This document shows positions 20,501 to 30,159 of a stretch of DNA of 64,000 nucleotides, piece after piece (position 1 is the stretch's first letter; every line of letters begins with the position of its first letter). The stretch comes from a virus, in IMG/VR virus record IMGVR_UViG_3300017917_004176, positions 28,172 through 92,171 of that record; one strand, 5' to 3'. A program made the translations under genes and the position numbers. The notes under the pieces were generated by a model, which was given only the letters and a program-made list of their open reading frames with translations, searched no databases and had not been told where the DNA came from.

Positions 20501-21319
20501 TTACAAGAAGGTTTAATTCCTGAAGAGTTTAAGTTTGAAGCACAGCTTTTTGAATTTAATAGATACTTAAGAACAAATCTTAAAAAAGGAAATTATTATA
20601 TTCTTGATGATAGAGCATATCAATTTTTCATGAGACACTTTGATCAAGATTTATTAACTATTGCTGATAATAAAGAAGCAATCTTAATTAATAAATGGGA
20701 CAAGGCTTATAATATTAAAATGTTGAGACTTAAAGACTGGATGAAGGATCAGGCTGGTGAATTAATAAGAACTCTTCATACAGATGTTTTTAATAGTGAA
20801 TGGGAAAAATATGCTAGTGGAAATATAGCAGCATGGGAAATGGATGCAGTTTGTTTTTATCACTCTTTTCATGAATTAGATAAAGCAGATGTTGATAAAT
20901 ATGGAATATCAAGTTTTTATGATTTACCAGAAGAGCCTGTAGTAGAAAAATATTTGGAATTTGGTAAAAAGAAAATACCAATTTTTACGACTTATTTAAT
21001 AGCAGGAACAATGATAGGTAAAGATAAAATCAAATCTACTATTTCTCTTTTAACTACTGATGGGGTTGTTTATGTTAAATTTAGACCAGAACAATTTGCT
21101 TATTATGACAAACAACTTTCTCAACAGCAAAGCGATGGAAAGAAAAAGATAATGGAAAGATCTTGGTTTACAAGAGGAAAGAAAGTATTATTGACTGGCT
21201 TCAGACGTGGGTCAGAATTTGTACCCAAAACTTATAAACATACTGCGACTGAAACCTTGTATCTTATTGATGAGATTACTGAAGATGGGGAGCTTATATT
21301 GAGACGGGAGAGATCATGA
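17528..21319 (+). CDS. dnaE: DNA polymerase III alpha subunit
   Basis: PHP domain (HNHTHYS, ITDHE), ARGSA, PDIDFD, IHAAG, KYDFL, GYSFSRNH; no intein evident. Confidence 0.95.
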   Translation: MAYTSIHNHTHYSNLRLLDCIIRPTDLIDEAYKLGLKGIAITDHESLSAHIEAIQHYKKKYLNTDFKLILGNEIYLVDEKKSGSQYYHFIILSKNKTGHRALRELSSIAWRDSYFDRGMERVPVTKDELREVVKKYPGSLMATSACIGGELSQNILRLIVAENLNDQEKIKEYKSNITEFLFFMKEVFENDFYLEIAPNSSEEQRIVNTRMKSISNFFEIPILFASDSHYLKKEDREIHKAFLNSKDGEREVDDFYTTAFLMSPEDAWDYLKEDFSQDEFQEMMNVSNTIYDKVEFYDLYKPQIIPNVELNIKGTKFKDLEKYEYVLALLNSDNIQDKYWAETCLNRLAEIKLWNDVYLSRLDDEAKEIYLISKNLDLQMTSYYNTMSKIMDIVWEGGDSLVGVARGSATGFLSCYLLQITQLDPIKWKLPHWRHLTSSRPELPDIDFDTQALRRGQILEAIKDFFGEKNVLNICTFGTEGPKSAILTACRGLGIDSDIGLYLTGMIPQERGFTWPLQDCLYGNKEKGREPIHQLKKEVEKYDKLEEVILKIEGLVNKRSIHAAGIYIFNDGFEEMNALMRAPNGQAITQWDMSDSDYMGCLKYDFLTVEALDKIRVALDLLIEDNFIQWQGSLKETYNKYLHPDILDYSTEMWEAASNGEVINLFQFDTLVGGQAIKKVKPKSLEDAASANSLMRLMPLEDGTVPVDKYIKFKNDLKLWYREMKNFGLTEEEMKMLEPHYLPVYGVPNTQEDMMEVLMNLDLIGFSIEEANYARKIVGKKKMDEIPKLKNMIYTKAKIRKNVVDYIYYTAIEPQLGYSFSRNHTMPYTTIALQELNLFNKYPTLYWNTACLTINAGAADEVEGKGTDYAKMAAAIGYIKSQGVEVSLANINKSSFGFKPDLKNDRILYGLKSISNLGDDISKLIIENRPYESMEDFIEKCSPSKTAMVSLIKAGAFDEIEGKPREEIMKNYIASTIEVKKRITLQNMPVLLQEGLIPEEFKFEAQLFEFNRYLRTNLKKGNYYILDDRAYQFFMRHFDQDLLTIADNKEAILINKWDKAYNIKMLRLKDWMKDQAGELIRTLHTDVFNSEWEKYASGNIAAWEMDAVCFYHSFHELDKADVDKYGISSFYDLPEEPVVEKYLEFGKKKIPIFTTYLIAGTMIGKDKIKSTISLLTTDGVVYVKFRPEQFAYYDKQLSQQQSDGKKKIMERSWFTRGKKVLLTGFRRGSEFVPKTYKHTATETLYLIDEITEDGELILRRERS

Positions 21320-21867
21320 TGAAAATTTTGTTTCCCATTTTTGGGAAATCTGGAAGTGGTAAGAGTCGTATCATTCGAGATATAAAAGAGTTAAAGCCTG
21401 AATATAATATTGTTCAGCGAGCAACAACAAGACCAAAAAGAGAAAATGTAAATGACTATGATTTTTTAACTATACCTGAGTTTGAAGAAAAACAGGAAGC
21501 TGGAGAAATTATTGGGGCTTTAGAGTTTAATAATTGGTTATATGGAACTTATAAAGATAGTATTCTTGATGATGTTGTTAATATTGGTGCTTATGATATT
21601 GATTCAGTAAGAGAGTTGAAAAAAGATCCTGATATAGAAGTTTATCCAATATATATTGAGGCCACAGACAAAATAAGATTGCTTCGACAATTGAATAGAG
21701 AAGAAGAGCCCAATATAAAAGAAATCATACGAAGATATAAAACAGATGAATATGATTATCAAGAGATAGATTTTTTTCATATTCCTATTGATAACTCTGG
21801 CAAAATTTCAATTCATGTTGTTGTTGCTCAAGTCTTATTACATATTGACAGAAAAATAAAAAAATGA
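21316..21867 (+). CDS. gmk: Guanylate kinase-like
   Basis: GKSGSGKS, TTRPKRENVNDYDF, FNNWLYGT. Confidence 0.85.
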   Translation: MMKILFPIFGKSGSGKSRIIRDIKELKPEYNIVQRATTRPKRENVNDYDFLTIPEFEEKQEAGEIIGALEFNNWLYGTYKDSILDDVVNIGAYDIDSVRELKKDPDIEVYPIYIEATDKIRLLRQLNREEEPNIKEIIRRYKTDEYDYQEIDFFHIPIDNSGKISIHVVVAQVLLHIDRKIKK

Positions 21868-21873
21868 TATAAT
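21845..21873 (+). promoter_or_regulatory. Sigma-A consensus promoter
   Basis: TTGACA-17-TATAAT with extended TG. Confidence 0.85.
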
Positions 21874-21894
21874 ATAAATAAACGAGGTGAAGAG

Positions 21895-22287
21895 ATGGAA
21901 AAAGAAATTCGACTTGAAGATTTTGGTAAAATGGTTTTAAAAAATGCAGAGCCTCTGGATCAATCTATTATAGCAGATAAAATCCATGAGTTTGTAACAG
22001 ATATGCGGGGCGATATGACTACAATTAAAAGACATGTAAATTATCTTCTTTTATTATCAAAAGAAGTTGGATATTACAGTGTCTTAAAAATTGAAGATCG
22101 TCCATCGCTTGAAGAAAAAATTATGGTTTATCTTTTTGAAAGTTCATTTCTAAAAGATGGTGCAATTTGTGATTTTAAAAATATTCAATATATAGAATAT
22201 AACAAAGAAACTCATACCTTAGAGCTTTGGGTCGATCAAGTATATTTCTGTCTCTTTGATTTCGATTGGGGGGTAGCAACTCTATGA
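21895..22287 (+). CDS. Hypothetical phage protein
   Basis: 130 aa, GAGGTG RBS, ends FDFDWGV. Confidence 0.7.
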   Translation: MEKEIRLEDFGKMVLKNAEPLDQSIIADKIHEFVTDMRGDMTTIKRHVNYLLLLSKEVGYYSVLKIEDRPSLEEKIMVYLFESSFLKDGAICDFKNIQYIEYNKETHTLELWVDQVYFCLFDFDWGVATL

Positions 22288-22529
22288 AAACACTTTTAGT
22301 TCCATGTTTTAGTTTTACTTTGGGAACCACTGGTATTATGCCAGAAGATAAAACTAATTACAAAATTGATAGTATAAATACACCAAGTATTCTTGCAGCC
22401 GTGCAAAAAAGTGGAGCAGACAAATTAATTTTAGTTGGTCCTGCTTCATTTACACAAAGAATAAAACAAGAGATTCTTGCAACTGAATATAGTTATTTAC
22501 AAATAGAATTAATGGAGGAAATACGATGA
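22284..22529 (+). CDS. Hypothetical protein
   Basis: ATGA overlaps at both ends. Start reassigned to ATG 22284. Confidence 0.6.
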   Translation: MKTLLVPCFSFTLGTTGIMPEDKTNYKIDSINTPSILAAVQKSGADKLILVGPASFTQRIKQEILATEYSYLQIELMEEIR

Positions 22530-22723
22530 CACATTTATTAAAAACAATAGATTATATTTTAACTGGATCAGAAGAAGAAGCAGAGTCAATGGTAGCTTCT
22601 ATTAAATCATCTTCTAGTTATACTGTAACTGGTTATTCAATTACAAAAAAAGTTAAAAAAGATTCTGAGTATTTTATCTTAAAAATTACAAAAGAATTTG
22701 CCACAGAAAAAGATGTAGTTTGA
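22526..22723 (+). CDS. Hypothetical protein
   Basis: 65 aa, GGAGG RBS. Confidence 0.65.
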   Translation: MTHLLKTIDYILTGSEEEAESMVASIKSSSSYTVTGYSITKKVKKDSEYFILKITKEFATEKDVV

Positions 22724-22745
22724 TAATCAAGTTAGGAGGAAGCTA

Positions 22746-23375
22746 ATGGCTTATTTAAATCATCCCCTTCCTCCGTGGACTTGTTATATAAGAAATGAGT
22801 TTCTTTATAATCATACAAAAGGCCATGGAGAGCTTACTTTATGCGACGTTCATTCTGTTGCATCAATAGAAAAACGCGTACCACTTTTTGAAGCTTTTCT
22901 AGAAAATGGTGTTAATTGGACTCGAAGGCCATTGCATGCTTTTTGCTGGCGAACAGATGCTCCACCACCAAAGTTAGAACAAGTTATTTATTGGAATTCT
23001 TTTTCTCCATATATTGATGTACAAATACGCCCTAGATTGGCAGGATTACGTGCTGATCTTATAACACCCGATGGCAAGCTTGAAGGTGGAGAATATATGT
23101 TTACATTAGATTGGGGATGGGAAAATAAAGCTATATTAGATTGTAATTTTAGTGAAACTCCTGAGCATAAATGCGCACATCTTTTTAAAATGGATTCTGG
23201 TAATTTTTATGCCTATCCTAATAATAGAATAATATGGCGCGATGCTGCCTTTACACAAAATAGAATTAAAACAAATCCAGGCTATAAAATAGATTTAACA
23301 TATTATGCAGTAGAAAATCTTAAACGAGGAGAAACTGATGATAGTTATATTTATATTATAGAGGAAGATAAATGA
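22746..23375 (+). CDS. Hypothetical phage protein
   Basis: 209 aa, AGGAGG RBS; EHKCAH...AYPNNRIIW motif. Confidence 0.7.
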   Translation: MAYLNHPLPPWTCYIRNEFLYNHTKGHGELTLCDVHSVASIEKRVPLFEAFLENGVNWTRRPLHAFCWRTDAPPPKLEQVIYWNSFSPYIDVQIRPRLAGLRADLITPDGKLEGGEYMFTLDWGWENKAILDCNFSETPEHKCAHLFKMDSGNFYAYPNNRIIWRDAAFTQNRIKTNPGYKIDLTYYAVENLKRGETDDSYIYIIEEDK

Positions 23376-23384
23376 GGTATTCAT

Positions 23385-23843
23385 ATGAATAAATTAAGAG
23401 GATTTGAAGTTGTTACAAAAGAACATAGAAAGCATCCAAACTTAGAAATTCAATTACCTATTCGGGGTAGCGCAAATGCCGCGGGATATGATTTATTTAG
23501 TCCTATTGATGTAACCTTGGGACCAGAGCAAAGTATTTTAGTTTGGACTGATGTTAAGGCTTACATGCTAGCAAATGAAGTTTTGGAAATATATCCAAGA
23601 TCTGGATTAGCTACAAAGTTCGGCATGGTCTTAAAAAATGGGGTTGGAATTGTAGATAGCGATTATTATTCAAATCAGAGTAATGATGGCAACATAGGAT
23701 TATTTTTTATAAATAATGGAAAGAGTACTGCTTATATTAAAGCAGGGGATCGAGTTGCACAAGCTATTTTTAAAAACTTTTTACTTGCAGATGGAGATGA
23801 ATCTTCAGCTGAGCGAGTTGGGGGATTTGGTTCTACAGGATGA
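23385..23843 (+). CDS. dut: Trimeric dUTPase
   Basis: AAGYDL, RSGLA, GIVDSDY, GDRVAQ, RVGGFGSTG. Confidence 0.95.
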   Translation: MNKLRGFEVVTKEHRKHPNLEIQLPIRGSANAAGYDLFSPIDVTLGPEQSILVWTDVKAYMLANEVLEIYPRSGLATKFGMVLKNGVGIVDSDYYSNQSNDGNIGLFFINNGKSTAYIKAGDRVAQAIFKNFLLADGDESSAERVGGFGSTG

Positions 23844-24310
23844 TATATTTAGCCTTAGATCAAAGCTCAAACATAAGTGGATATTCAGTATGGAAAGATA
23901 AAAATCTTATTGAGTATGGTAAAGTAAAATTTGATGGAGAGTTTATCGACAGAGTTGTTTCTTTAAAAAACTGGATGAAGGACAAAATTGAAGAGCTTGA
24001 ATCTGAGGGATTGGTAGAAGTTATAATCGAAGAAATACAAGAGCAAGCAAATATGCAAACATTTAAGATGCTCGCTATGGTGCAAGGAGTTTTGCTTGCC
24101 GAGCTTGCCGAACAAAAAATAAAATTTCACTTAGTATATGCGTCAAGCTGGAAAGCTAACTCTGGAATAAAGGGTGTAAATAGAACAGAGCAGAAGCGAA
24201 ATACTCAAGAATATATTTTACAAAAGTATGGAAAAAAAGTTACGCAAGATGAAGCTGATGCTATATGTATTGGTGAATATGTTGCTACAAAAATAATAAA
24301 CTGGGGCTAA
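23840..24310 (+). CDS. RuvC-like Holliday junction resolvase
   Basis: LALDQSSNISG, IIEE, WK, DEADAICIG. Confidence 0.85.
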   Translation: MIYLALDQSSNISGYSVWKDKNLIEYGKVKFDGEFIDRVVSLKNWMKDKIEELESEGLVEVIIEEIQEQANMQTFKMLAMVQGVLLAELAEQKIKFHLVYASSWKANSGIKGVNRTEQKRNTQEYILQKYGKKVTQDEADAICIGEYVATKIINWG

Positions 24311-24329
24311 TATGCCCCAGTTTTTTTTT
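24298..24329. terminator. Terminator at convergence of + and - transcription units
   Basis: AAACTGGGGC/GCCCCAGTTT plus T run. Confidence 0.8.
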
Positions 24330-24331
24330 GT

Positions 24332-25663
24332 TTAGTAAATTTTTTCTGCTGTAAGACTCATTGTACCGCCGTTAGTTAGATCATAGTTAATAGCTTGAAC
24401 CCTATAATCACCTATCATTTTTGTGTCTAGATCCATTATATTTACAATAGTATCTACATCAATAGAATAGATAGGTATAGAAACGATATTTACTTTTTCA
24501 TTAAAATTAGTATGTGTATACAATAAATTTTTTATTGCACTAAATGCATCATTTTTATATTCATAAATTTCGTTATTTAAATAGTCTTGTATTTGGCTTC
24601 TTAATACGCTAAAGTATGGGATACCCTTTGATTTTAATTCTTCTTCTGCCGCGATAGCATCTTTATTATATAATAAAAAATCCATATAAGTATAAGTTAG
24701 TCCATTTATTGATACAGATCCTGAATCATGTGTCGGAGGAAGGGTTCCAGTTTTTATTGGTTCGCCATTAATTGATGTTCCAGATATTTCATAGTATTTA
24801 TATATATATTCATTTGGTTGTGTTCCAGATATAAGCACTTTAATTATTGAACCCTCAAATACCAAATAATCATCTGTTTTAAAAATTTTAGCATCTTTGA
24901 ATGGCAAGTCGTTAAAAATAATAATGTTTTTTCTTTTTCCTTGAAAAGTTTCTGGTGTATCAAAATATTCAATATCAAATATTCTTTGCTCAGAAGTAGT
25001 TTCAATTGGAAAATCTAATTCTTCATCTGGCAGTATAATGGGAGGTGGATTTACATTATCTTTATTTTTTATACTATAGGATAGATATTTATTTGGATTA
25101 TAGATATTAATCTTATATAAAAAAAGATCTGGATCCTCATTTTCTTTTATTCCATCTCTTGTTTTATATCCATAAATCGTATTGCCAAAAGATGTATCTG
25201 GATTCAAAGGACCTCTACCATCTCTTCTAATTTCGTAGTGAAGATGAACTCCAGTTGAATATCCTGTTGTCCCCATTACACCGAGCAATTCATTTTTTGT
25301 AACAGGAATTCTTTGTTTTCCATCTACAGGAGTGGCTGTGTCAGCTGCCTTCTGAAAAAATTTTGAATCTATAGATTTTAGGTGACAGTATAAATGTAGG
25401 GCTTTATTTCCATCCCGTATTACTACCACATTTCCATATCCACCAAGACCAGTTTTTTTCTTGCCTTCATCCGCATAGATAACTTCTCCACCAACAAAAG
25501 CATATATATTATAGTCTTCACCTTTTTTAGGAATTAAATCAAAACCACAGTGAAAAACCCATTTTTTATTTACATTATCCCATCTATTTGTAAATAGACT
25601 TGTTGAATTATATCTACTAAAATTAGAGTTTAAATCTCCAACATCTATATCTAGTACGCCCAC
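24332..25663 (-). CDS. Tail-associated M23 peptidase fused to the C-terminal part of a DUF5048-like tail protein
   Basis: HCGFDL, GGYGNVV, YCHL, STGVHLHYE. C-terminus SIPIYSIDVD...GDYRVQAINYDLTNGGTMSLTA. Confidence 0.75.
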   Translation of the reverse strand: MGVLDIDVGDLNSNFSRYNSTSLFTNRWDNVNKKWVFHCGFDLIPKKGEDYNIYAFVGGEVIYADEGKKKTGLGGYGNVVVIRDGNKALHLYCHLKSIDSKFFQKAADTATPVDGKQRIPVTKNELLGVMGTTGYSTGVHLHYEIRRDGRGPLNPDTSFGNTIYGYKTRDGIKENEDPDLFLYKINIYNPNKYLSYSIKNKDNVNPPPIILPDEELDFPIETTSEQRIFDIEYFDTPETFQGKRKNIIIFNDLPFKDAKIFKTDDYLVFEGSIIKVLISGTQPNEYIYKYYEISGTSINGEPIKTGTLPPTHDSGSVSINGLTYTYMDFLLYNKDAIAAEEELKSKGIPYFSVLRSQIQDYLNNEIYEYKNDAFSAIKNLLYTHTNFNEKVNIVSIPIYSIDVDTIVNIMDLDTKMIGDYRVQAINYDLTNGGTMSLTAEKIY

Positions 25664-25681
25664 AATCTCACTCCTTTTACT

Positions 25682-27277
25682 CTATTCTTCTGGAACCAAT
25701 GTCGGATACAAACATTTTATATTAGGATTATTAAGTGCCTTAATTCTTCTACCTATTGCATTAACAGAGAATCCATTATATGCAGGAGCACCTTCATCAA
25801 TTATATCAAAAAAGTACTTCCATTTAGATGAAAAGCCCTTTCTTAATTTTGAATCAGTTATCTTAAAATCTTTTTGTTCTATCCCTGTATTATCAGATCT
25901 CCAAACTCCAGTTGTTGAATCTATTTTTTTATATATGCCCATTAACTGATCATCTTTTTCCGAAGTGTATTCAAAAAAAGCTTTTAATTCTTCATAATAA
26001 GGAGATATTGTCGCACCTGGATTTTTATATAGAAGATATTCTGATTGATCTATTAAAAATTGCTGCCAAGGCTGATCATATTTAACAAGTACATCTCCCC
26101 AAGATCCATCACTAAATTTTTCATAAAAAAAGCTTGGAACTACTGGCTTTGAATCTATTACCAAATGAAATAAAAGATTGTCTGCGCCATATACATAAAA
26201 ATCATTTTTTATTCCTCTCCAATCTGGATTATTGGAGTAGGATGAAACTATTCCTTTATCAGAAAAATCATAAGAATAATCAAAAGATTCATAACTAGGA
26301 ATATAACTATCATTAGATATTTCTTGTAAATATTGCAGCTGAGTTGAATACTCTCTAAAAATCATTTTAATTGGTTCAAATTTAAAAAAACCATTTTCAT
26401 CATAATAAAAATCATAAGACCCAAATAAATCTTCTTTGACTTTATTTAAAACTTGAACAACTGTTGAGTTAGACTTAAAACTAAAAGCTCCTTCTACTTG
26501 AGAAGCAAATGGAAGATACACGTTAACTTCCTCTTCTTCTTGAAGCTTTAAGATAGGAGGACTAAAAAAACCTTCTTCTGATTCAAGAGGTATGCCGCTG
26601 TCGTTAAAAGTTCTTCTTGTTTCAATATTATAATATAAATCTGGAACACTAGATGTAATTTGTTGTATATTTGTTATGTAGATCGGCAAATCGTTTATAA
26701 TTATTTTTTGCGGATTTTCTGCTCCAAATTTAGTCATTAAATCCTTAATAACATAAAAATATGGAATATTTTCTTTTGTGTCTCCATAGGTAAAAGATGT
26801 ATCTGCTCCAAGCTCTCCGCCTAAAGTTCCATCCAGCATACTCATTTTATCTTGACATTGCATAGATATAATATTAGAATCAATTCCATGAGAAAAAGAA
26901 ACTGAAGAAATTAAAAATATACCTAGATTAAACCATATAATATCATCATCTAAGGCTTCTTTTCTATCATATACATTATTTTTTAATCCTATATATGCTT
27001 GAATTTTTTTATTTATTGAAATTTCGTCTGCTGCAGCAGAAAGAGAATATATATTTCTATCAAGAAAAAATTCTAAGGAAAGGGTTCTTCTAATTGGACT
27101 ATTGCTTTGAGTTGAAAAATTTCCAGATATAATTCTACCCTGGATTTCTTTTATCTTTTCTTCGTCCCAAGATAATAAATTTATTTTTACAAACATGGAT
27201 CTATCTCTATTTAAAAAAAGAGAATCTAAAAATAAAGAAGATAGTTCATTGCCTTTTTTGTCAACAGGAATTCCCAT
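25682..27277 (-). CDS. DUF5048-like distal tail/hub protein (N-terminal part)
   Basis: EIQGRIISGN...SPIRRTLSL, WFNLGIF, DKMSMLDGTLGG, IKNDFYVYG (family recalled, not searched). Confidence 0.65.
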   Translation of the reverse strand: MGIPVDKKGNELSSLFLDSLFLNRDRSMFVKINLLSWDEEKIKEIQGRIISGNFSTQSNSPIRRTLSLEFFLDRNIYSLSAAADEISINKKIQAYIGLKNNVYDRKEALDDDIIWFNLGIFLISSVSFSHGIDSNIISMQCQDKMSMLDGTLGGELGADTSFTYGDTKENIPYFYVIKDLMTKFGAENPQKIIINDLPIYITNIQQITSSVPDLYYNIETRRTFNDSGIPLESEEGFFSPPILKLQEEEEVNVYLPFASQVEGAFSFKSNSTVVQVLNKVKEDLFGSYDFYYDENGFFKFEPIKMIFREYSTQLQYLQEISNDSYIPSYESFDYSYDFSDKGIVSSYSNNPDWRGIKNDFYVYGADNLLFHLVIDSKPVVPSFFYEKFSDGSWGDVLVKYDQPWQQFLIDQSEYLLYKNPGATISPYYEELKAFFEYTSEKDDQLMGIYKKIDSTTGVWRSDNTGIEQKDFKITDSKLRKGFSSKWKYFFDIIDEGAPAYNGFSVNAIGRRIKALNNPNIKCLYPTLVPEE

Positions 27278-27289
27278 TAATTATCCTCC

Positions 27290-29101
27290 TTAGTTAAAAT
27301 AACCTGGAATATAGTTTCCAGCATATTTTAATTTATATGTACCAATATTAGTAATTATAGTATCTGGATCTTTTAAAGTTGGAGGGGTATCATAAGAAGC
27401 TCCACTTTCAACAACTTGATAATATTCTCCTTTATATTTTACATATGATCCTTTATAATAATCTGTTAAAGGAGTCCAATTATATATTTTTAAGCCGATT
27501 TGAGAAAAATCATATAAATCTCCTTGTATTTTTCTAAAACCATAATAATTTAAACTATTAGTATTTATTTCATCTATCTCAGTCATCGTACAAGAAAAAG
27601 AATATAATATTCTTCCCATTTCTTCTACTGGCTCTAACGATATTTCTGTTATCTTAACAACAAACAATCCTTCTGTGTCAGACTTGAAAACTTTTGGTTT
27701 TCCATCATATAACCAATCCATAACTTTTTTTCTGAATTCTCTTTCAACTAAATAGTTTTCATTTTTATTCAAATAATTTTTATCGTTCATTGTAGTTTTA
27801 ATATAATATTTAGAAGAAACATCGCCAAGTACTTGTTGAGATCCTTCTAATATAAATTTTTCATATAAAGTATTTATATTAACAACATCAGTTCCATTCA
27901 TTAATGTGGAGTAAGTCATTCCAGTTAGCTGTCTTAATGGATCAGCGATCGAAGTAATAAGAGCAGAGAATTGAAATTGTTTATATCCTATATCAGAACT
28001 TCTAACAACAAAAGGATATTTTGATCCTATTGTTTCTATTACAGCATCTCTTTTTACTTCCTTAAAGCCTGAAATTTTTCCATTATATATGAAATTTAAT
28101 TGTACTTGGTCTGTTCCATATAAATAAGATCCTTCAAAATCAGGAATTATATTAACTCTTTGTCCAATTGGAGTTGTAGCCCCTCTTGATACTACTTTAT
28201 TATTTGATTTATTTATATTTACAGCTTGAAGCATATAGGAATATAACATGCCCGGCTCTAATAAATAATCATAAAAATATTTTGGATTTTGAAATTCAGT
28301 TACATCAAATAAGGCAATTTGTTTATAATTTGAAACACCTTCTGATAAAGAGCTTCTTAAAAGTGCAATTCCATTATTTGATGAGTCAAAACTACCAGCG
28401 TCTAATCCTGGCTCTTCTGGACTTCCATCATTATTAAATAATCCTCTATAAACAGTAGAATCTTGAATCCAATTTGAATCAAAATATGGACCAATTATGT
28501 AAGCATTATCATAAGTTGCTCCAAGTGGACTAATATTTGTTTTAATTTTTATATATCCATTTTCTATCGAATGAATTGGCCATTCACGATTAAAACCTGT
28601 AGATCCAGATACTCCTGTAATTATAATATTATCTCCAGCTGCATAAGTTTGATTTGCTGAATTTGTAAAATAAATATTTGCATAGTCTCCATCTAAAACA
28701 ATAGATGAGATCGATCTTTTTTCTCCATTTGATTTTGGTGGATTCATCTTTCCAAAATCTTTTTCTAGGTTAAACAAATCATATCTATAAGTATATGTAA
28801 CATTTAAAATAGTTTGACTTCCTTCAGTTACATTTGGACCAGCACCACTACCTTCGGGAACAAAACCTACGTTAGTTGAAGTTATTTCATAAATATATCT
28901 TCCATTTTTTACATTTAATCCTTGAGAAATTTCTAACCCTATGGCCCAATCTCTATAAGGAAATACTCCATTATATGCAACGGATTCATCTATAATTAAA
29001 TTCGAAAAATTTATAAATTTTAATGCATCTGTCGAAAATCTATTCTCAAAAGTATTATTAATAAAAAGATAGTTTCCATTTATTAATTTGGGAAGTGGCA
29101 T
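27290..29101 (-). CDS. Minor tail/baseplate protein
   Basis: ETIGSKYPFV, EREFRKKVMDWLYDGKPKVFKSDTEG; position in tail module. Confidence 0.65.
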   Translation of the reverse strand: MPLPKLINGNYLFINNTFENRFSTDALKFINFSNLIIDESVAYNGVFPYRDWAIGLEISQGLNVKNGRYIYEITSTNVGFVPEGSGAGPNVTEGSQTILNVTYTYRYDLFNLEKDFGKMNPPKSNGEKRSISSIVLDGDYANIYFTNSANQTYAAGDNIIITGVSGSTGFNREWPIHSIENGYIKIKTNISPLGATYDNAYIIGPYFDSNWIQDSTVYRGLFNNDGSPEEPGLDAGSFDSSNNGIALLRSSLSEGVSNYKQIALFDVTEFQNPKYFYDYLLEPGMLYSYMLQAVNINKSNNKVVSRGATTPIGQRVNIIPDFEGSYLYGTDQVQLNFIYNGKISGFKEVKRDAVIETIGSKYPFVVRSSDIGYKQFQFSALITSIADPLRQLTGMTYSTLMNGTDVVNINTLYEKFILEGSQQVLGDVSSKYYIKTTMNDKNYLNKNENYLVEREFRKKVMDWLYDGKPKVFKSDTEGLFVVKITEISLEPVEEMGRILYSFSCTMTEIDEINTNSLNYYGFRKIQGDLYDFSQIGLKIYNWTPLTDYYKGSYVKYKGEYYQVVESGASYDTPPTLKDPDTIITNIGTYKLKYAGNYIPGYFN

Positions 29102-29128
29102 AATAAAACCTCCTTTCTATCTTCATAA

Positions 29129-30139
29129 TTAAACCGTAACGTTTGTATCAAACCATATATAATATCTTCCACCATAGCCTTTTACTGCTGGATCAGTATC
29201 AGATATTTTTACCATTAGTGCATTTACATCATTAATATACTCAGCAGCTGATCCAAGTTGTGAGTTTAAAACCGATGTAACACTTGTAAATTCATCTTCC
29301 ATATACTGAGCTAAATATAATTGAATATTCATAATAGCAGAAGACATTTTATTATAATCTGTTTCTGTTAAAATATAGTTTTGAACATTTGCAGCTTTAG
29401 CATTAACTAGATCTGCATTTGTAATAGTAGGATTAGAGTAATATGTTGCTAATGCCGAATAATATGCTGATAAATGTCCAGCTGCAGTTCCATCTGAAGA
29501 ATAATCTAATATTTTAAGTTCATCAATACTAACTGGAAAAGTGCTTAATCCAAGTGGTATTGGTTGTGTTGCTCCAGTTTTATATTGTTGAACAGCAATT
29601 AGTACAGCAGAAGATAGTGACAATAGTGAAAATCTTAAATATGGAGGAGTGCCTCCAGTATTAATATATTCTGAATTATCAAGTAGAGATAAAACTCTAT
29701 CAAAGCCGTATCTTAATACTCCTAAATTTGTACTTAAAGAACCAGTACTATCAAAATTAGATGAGACAGAAAAAGTAAATGTATCATCTGTTTTTTGTGT
29801 AATAGTCCACTCTCCATTTAATTTTACTTGTTCTGTTCCAGTAGCTCCATTAATAAATATTTTATCTCCAACTAAAAAACCATGAGCCGTAGAAGTTCCA
29901 ACTACTATATTAGAATTTAATGTTACTGCATAAGATGTAACAGTTTTAGTTGGAGCAACTCCTGGCTGAGATGTAATTTTTGTACTAATAACACTAGGAG
30001 TGTTCTGATCTCTTTTATATATTCCACTATTTGAATTATCACTACTAACTAAAAAATAATCTCCAACTCTTATATCTGTCGTATTTTCATTTGCAGTAGC
30101 AAGAGTTGTAAACGTTTTTCTAACATAAAAATAAGCCAT
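29129..30139 (-). CDS. Tail structural protein with E1-FCCH-like beta module
   Basis: TAHGFLVGDKIFINGATG...LNGEWTIT...TFTF. Confidence 0.55.
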   Translation of the reverse strand: MAYFYVRKTFTTLATANENTTDIRVGDYFLVSSDNSNSGIYKRDQNTPSVISTKITSQPGVAPTKTVTSYAVTLNSNIVVGTSTAHGFLVGDKIFINGATGTEQVKLNGEWTITQKTDDTFTFSVSSNFDSTGSLSTNLGVLRYGFDRVLSLLDNSEYINTGGTPPYLRFSLLSLSSAVLIAVQQYKTGATQPIPLGLSTFPVSIDELKILDYSSDGTAAGHLSAYYSALATYYSNPTITNADLVNAKAANVQNYILTETDYNKMSSAIMNIQLYLAQYMEDEFTSVTSVLNSQLGSAAEYINDVNALMVKISDTDPAVKGYGGRYYIWFDTNVTV

Positions 30140-30159
30140 TTATTCCTTTTCCTCCTTTA

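Noticed and set aside
17528-21319. Intein or intron in dnaE (also checked helicase and terL)
   Set aside because: Lengths are normal, and no intein N/C-terminal or LAGLIDADG motifs were seen.
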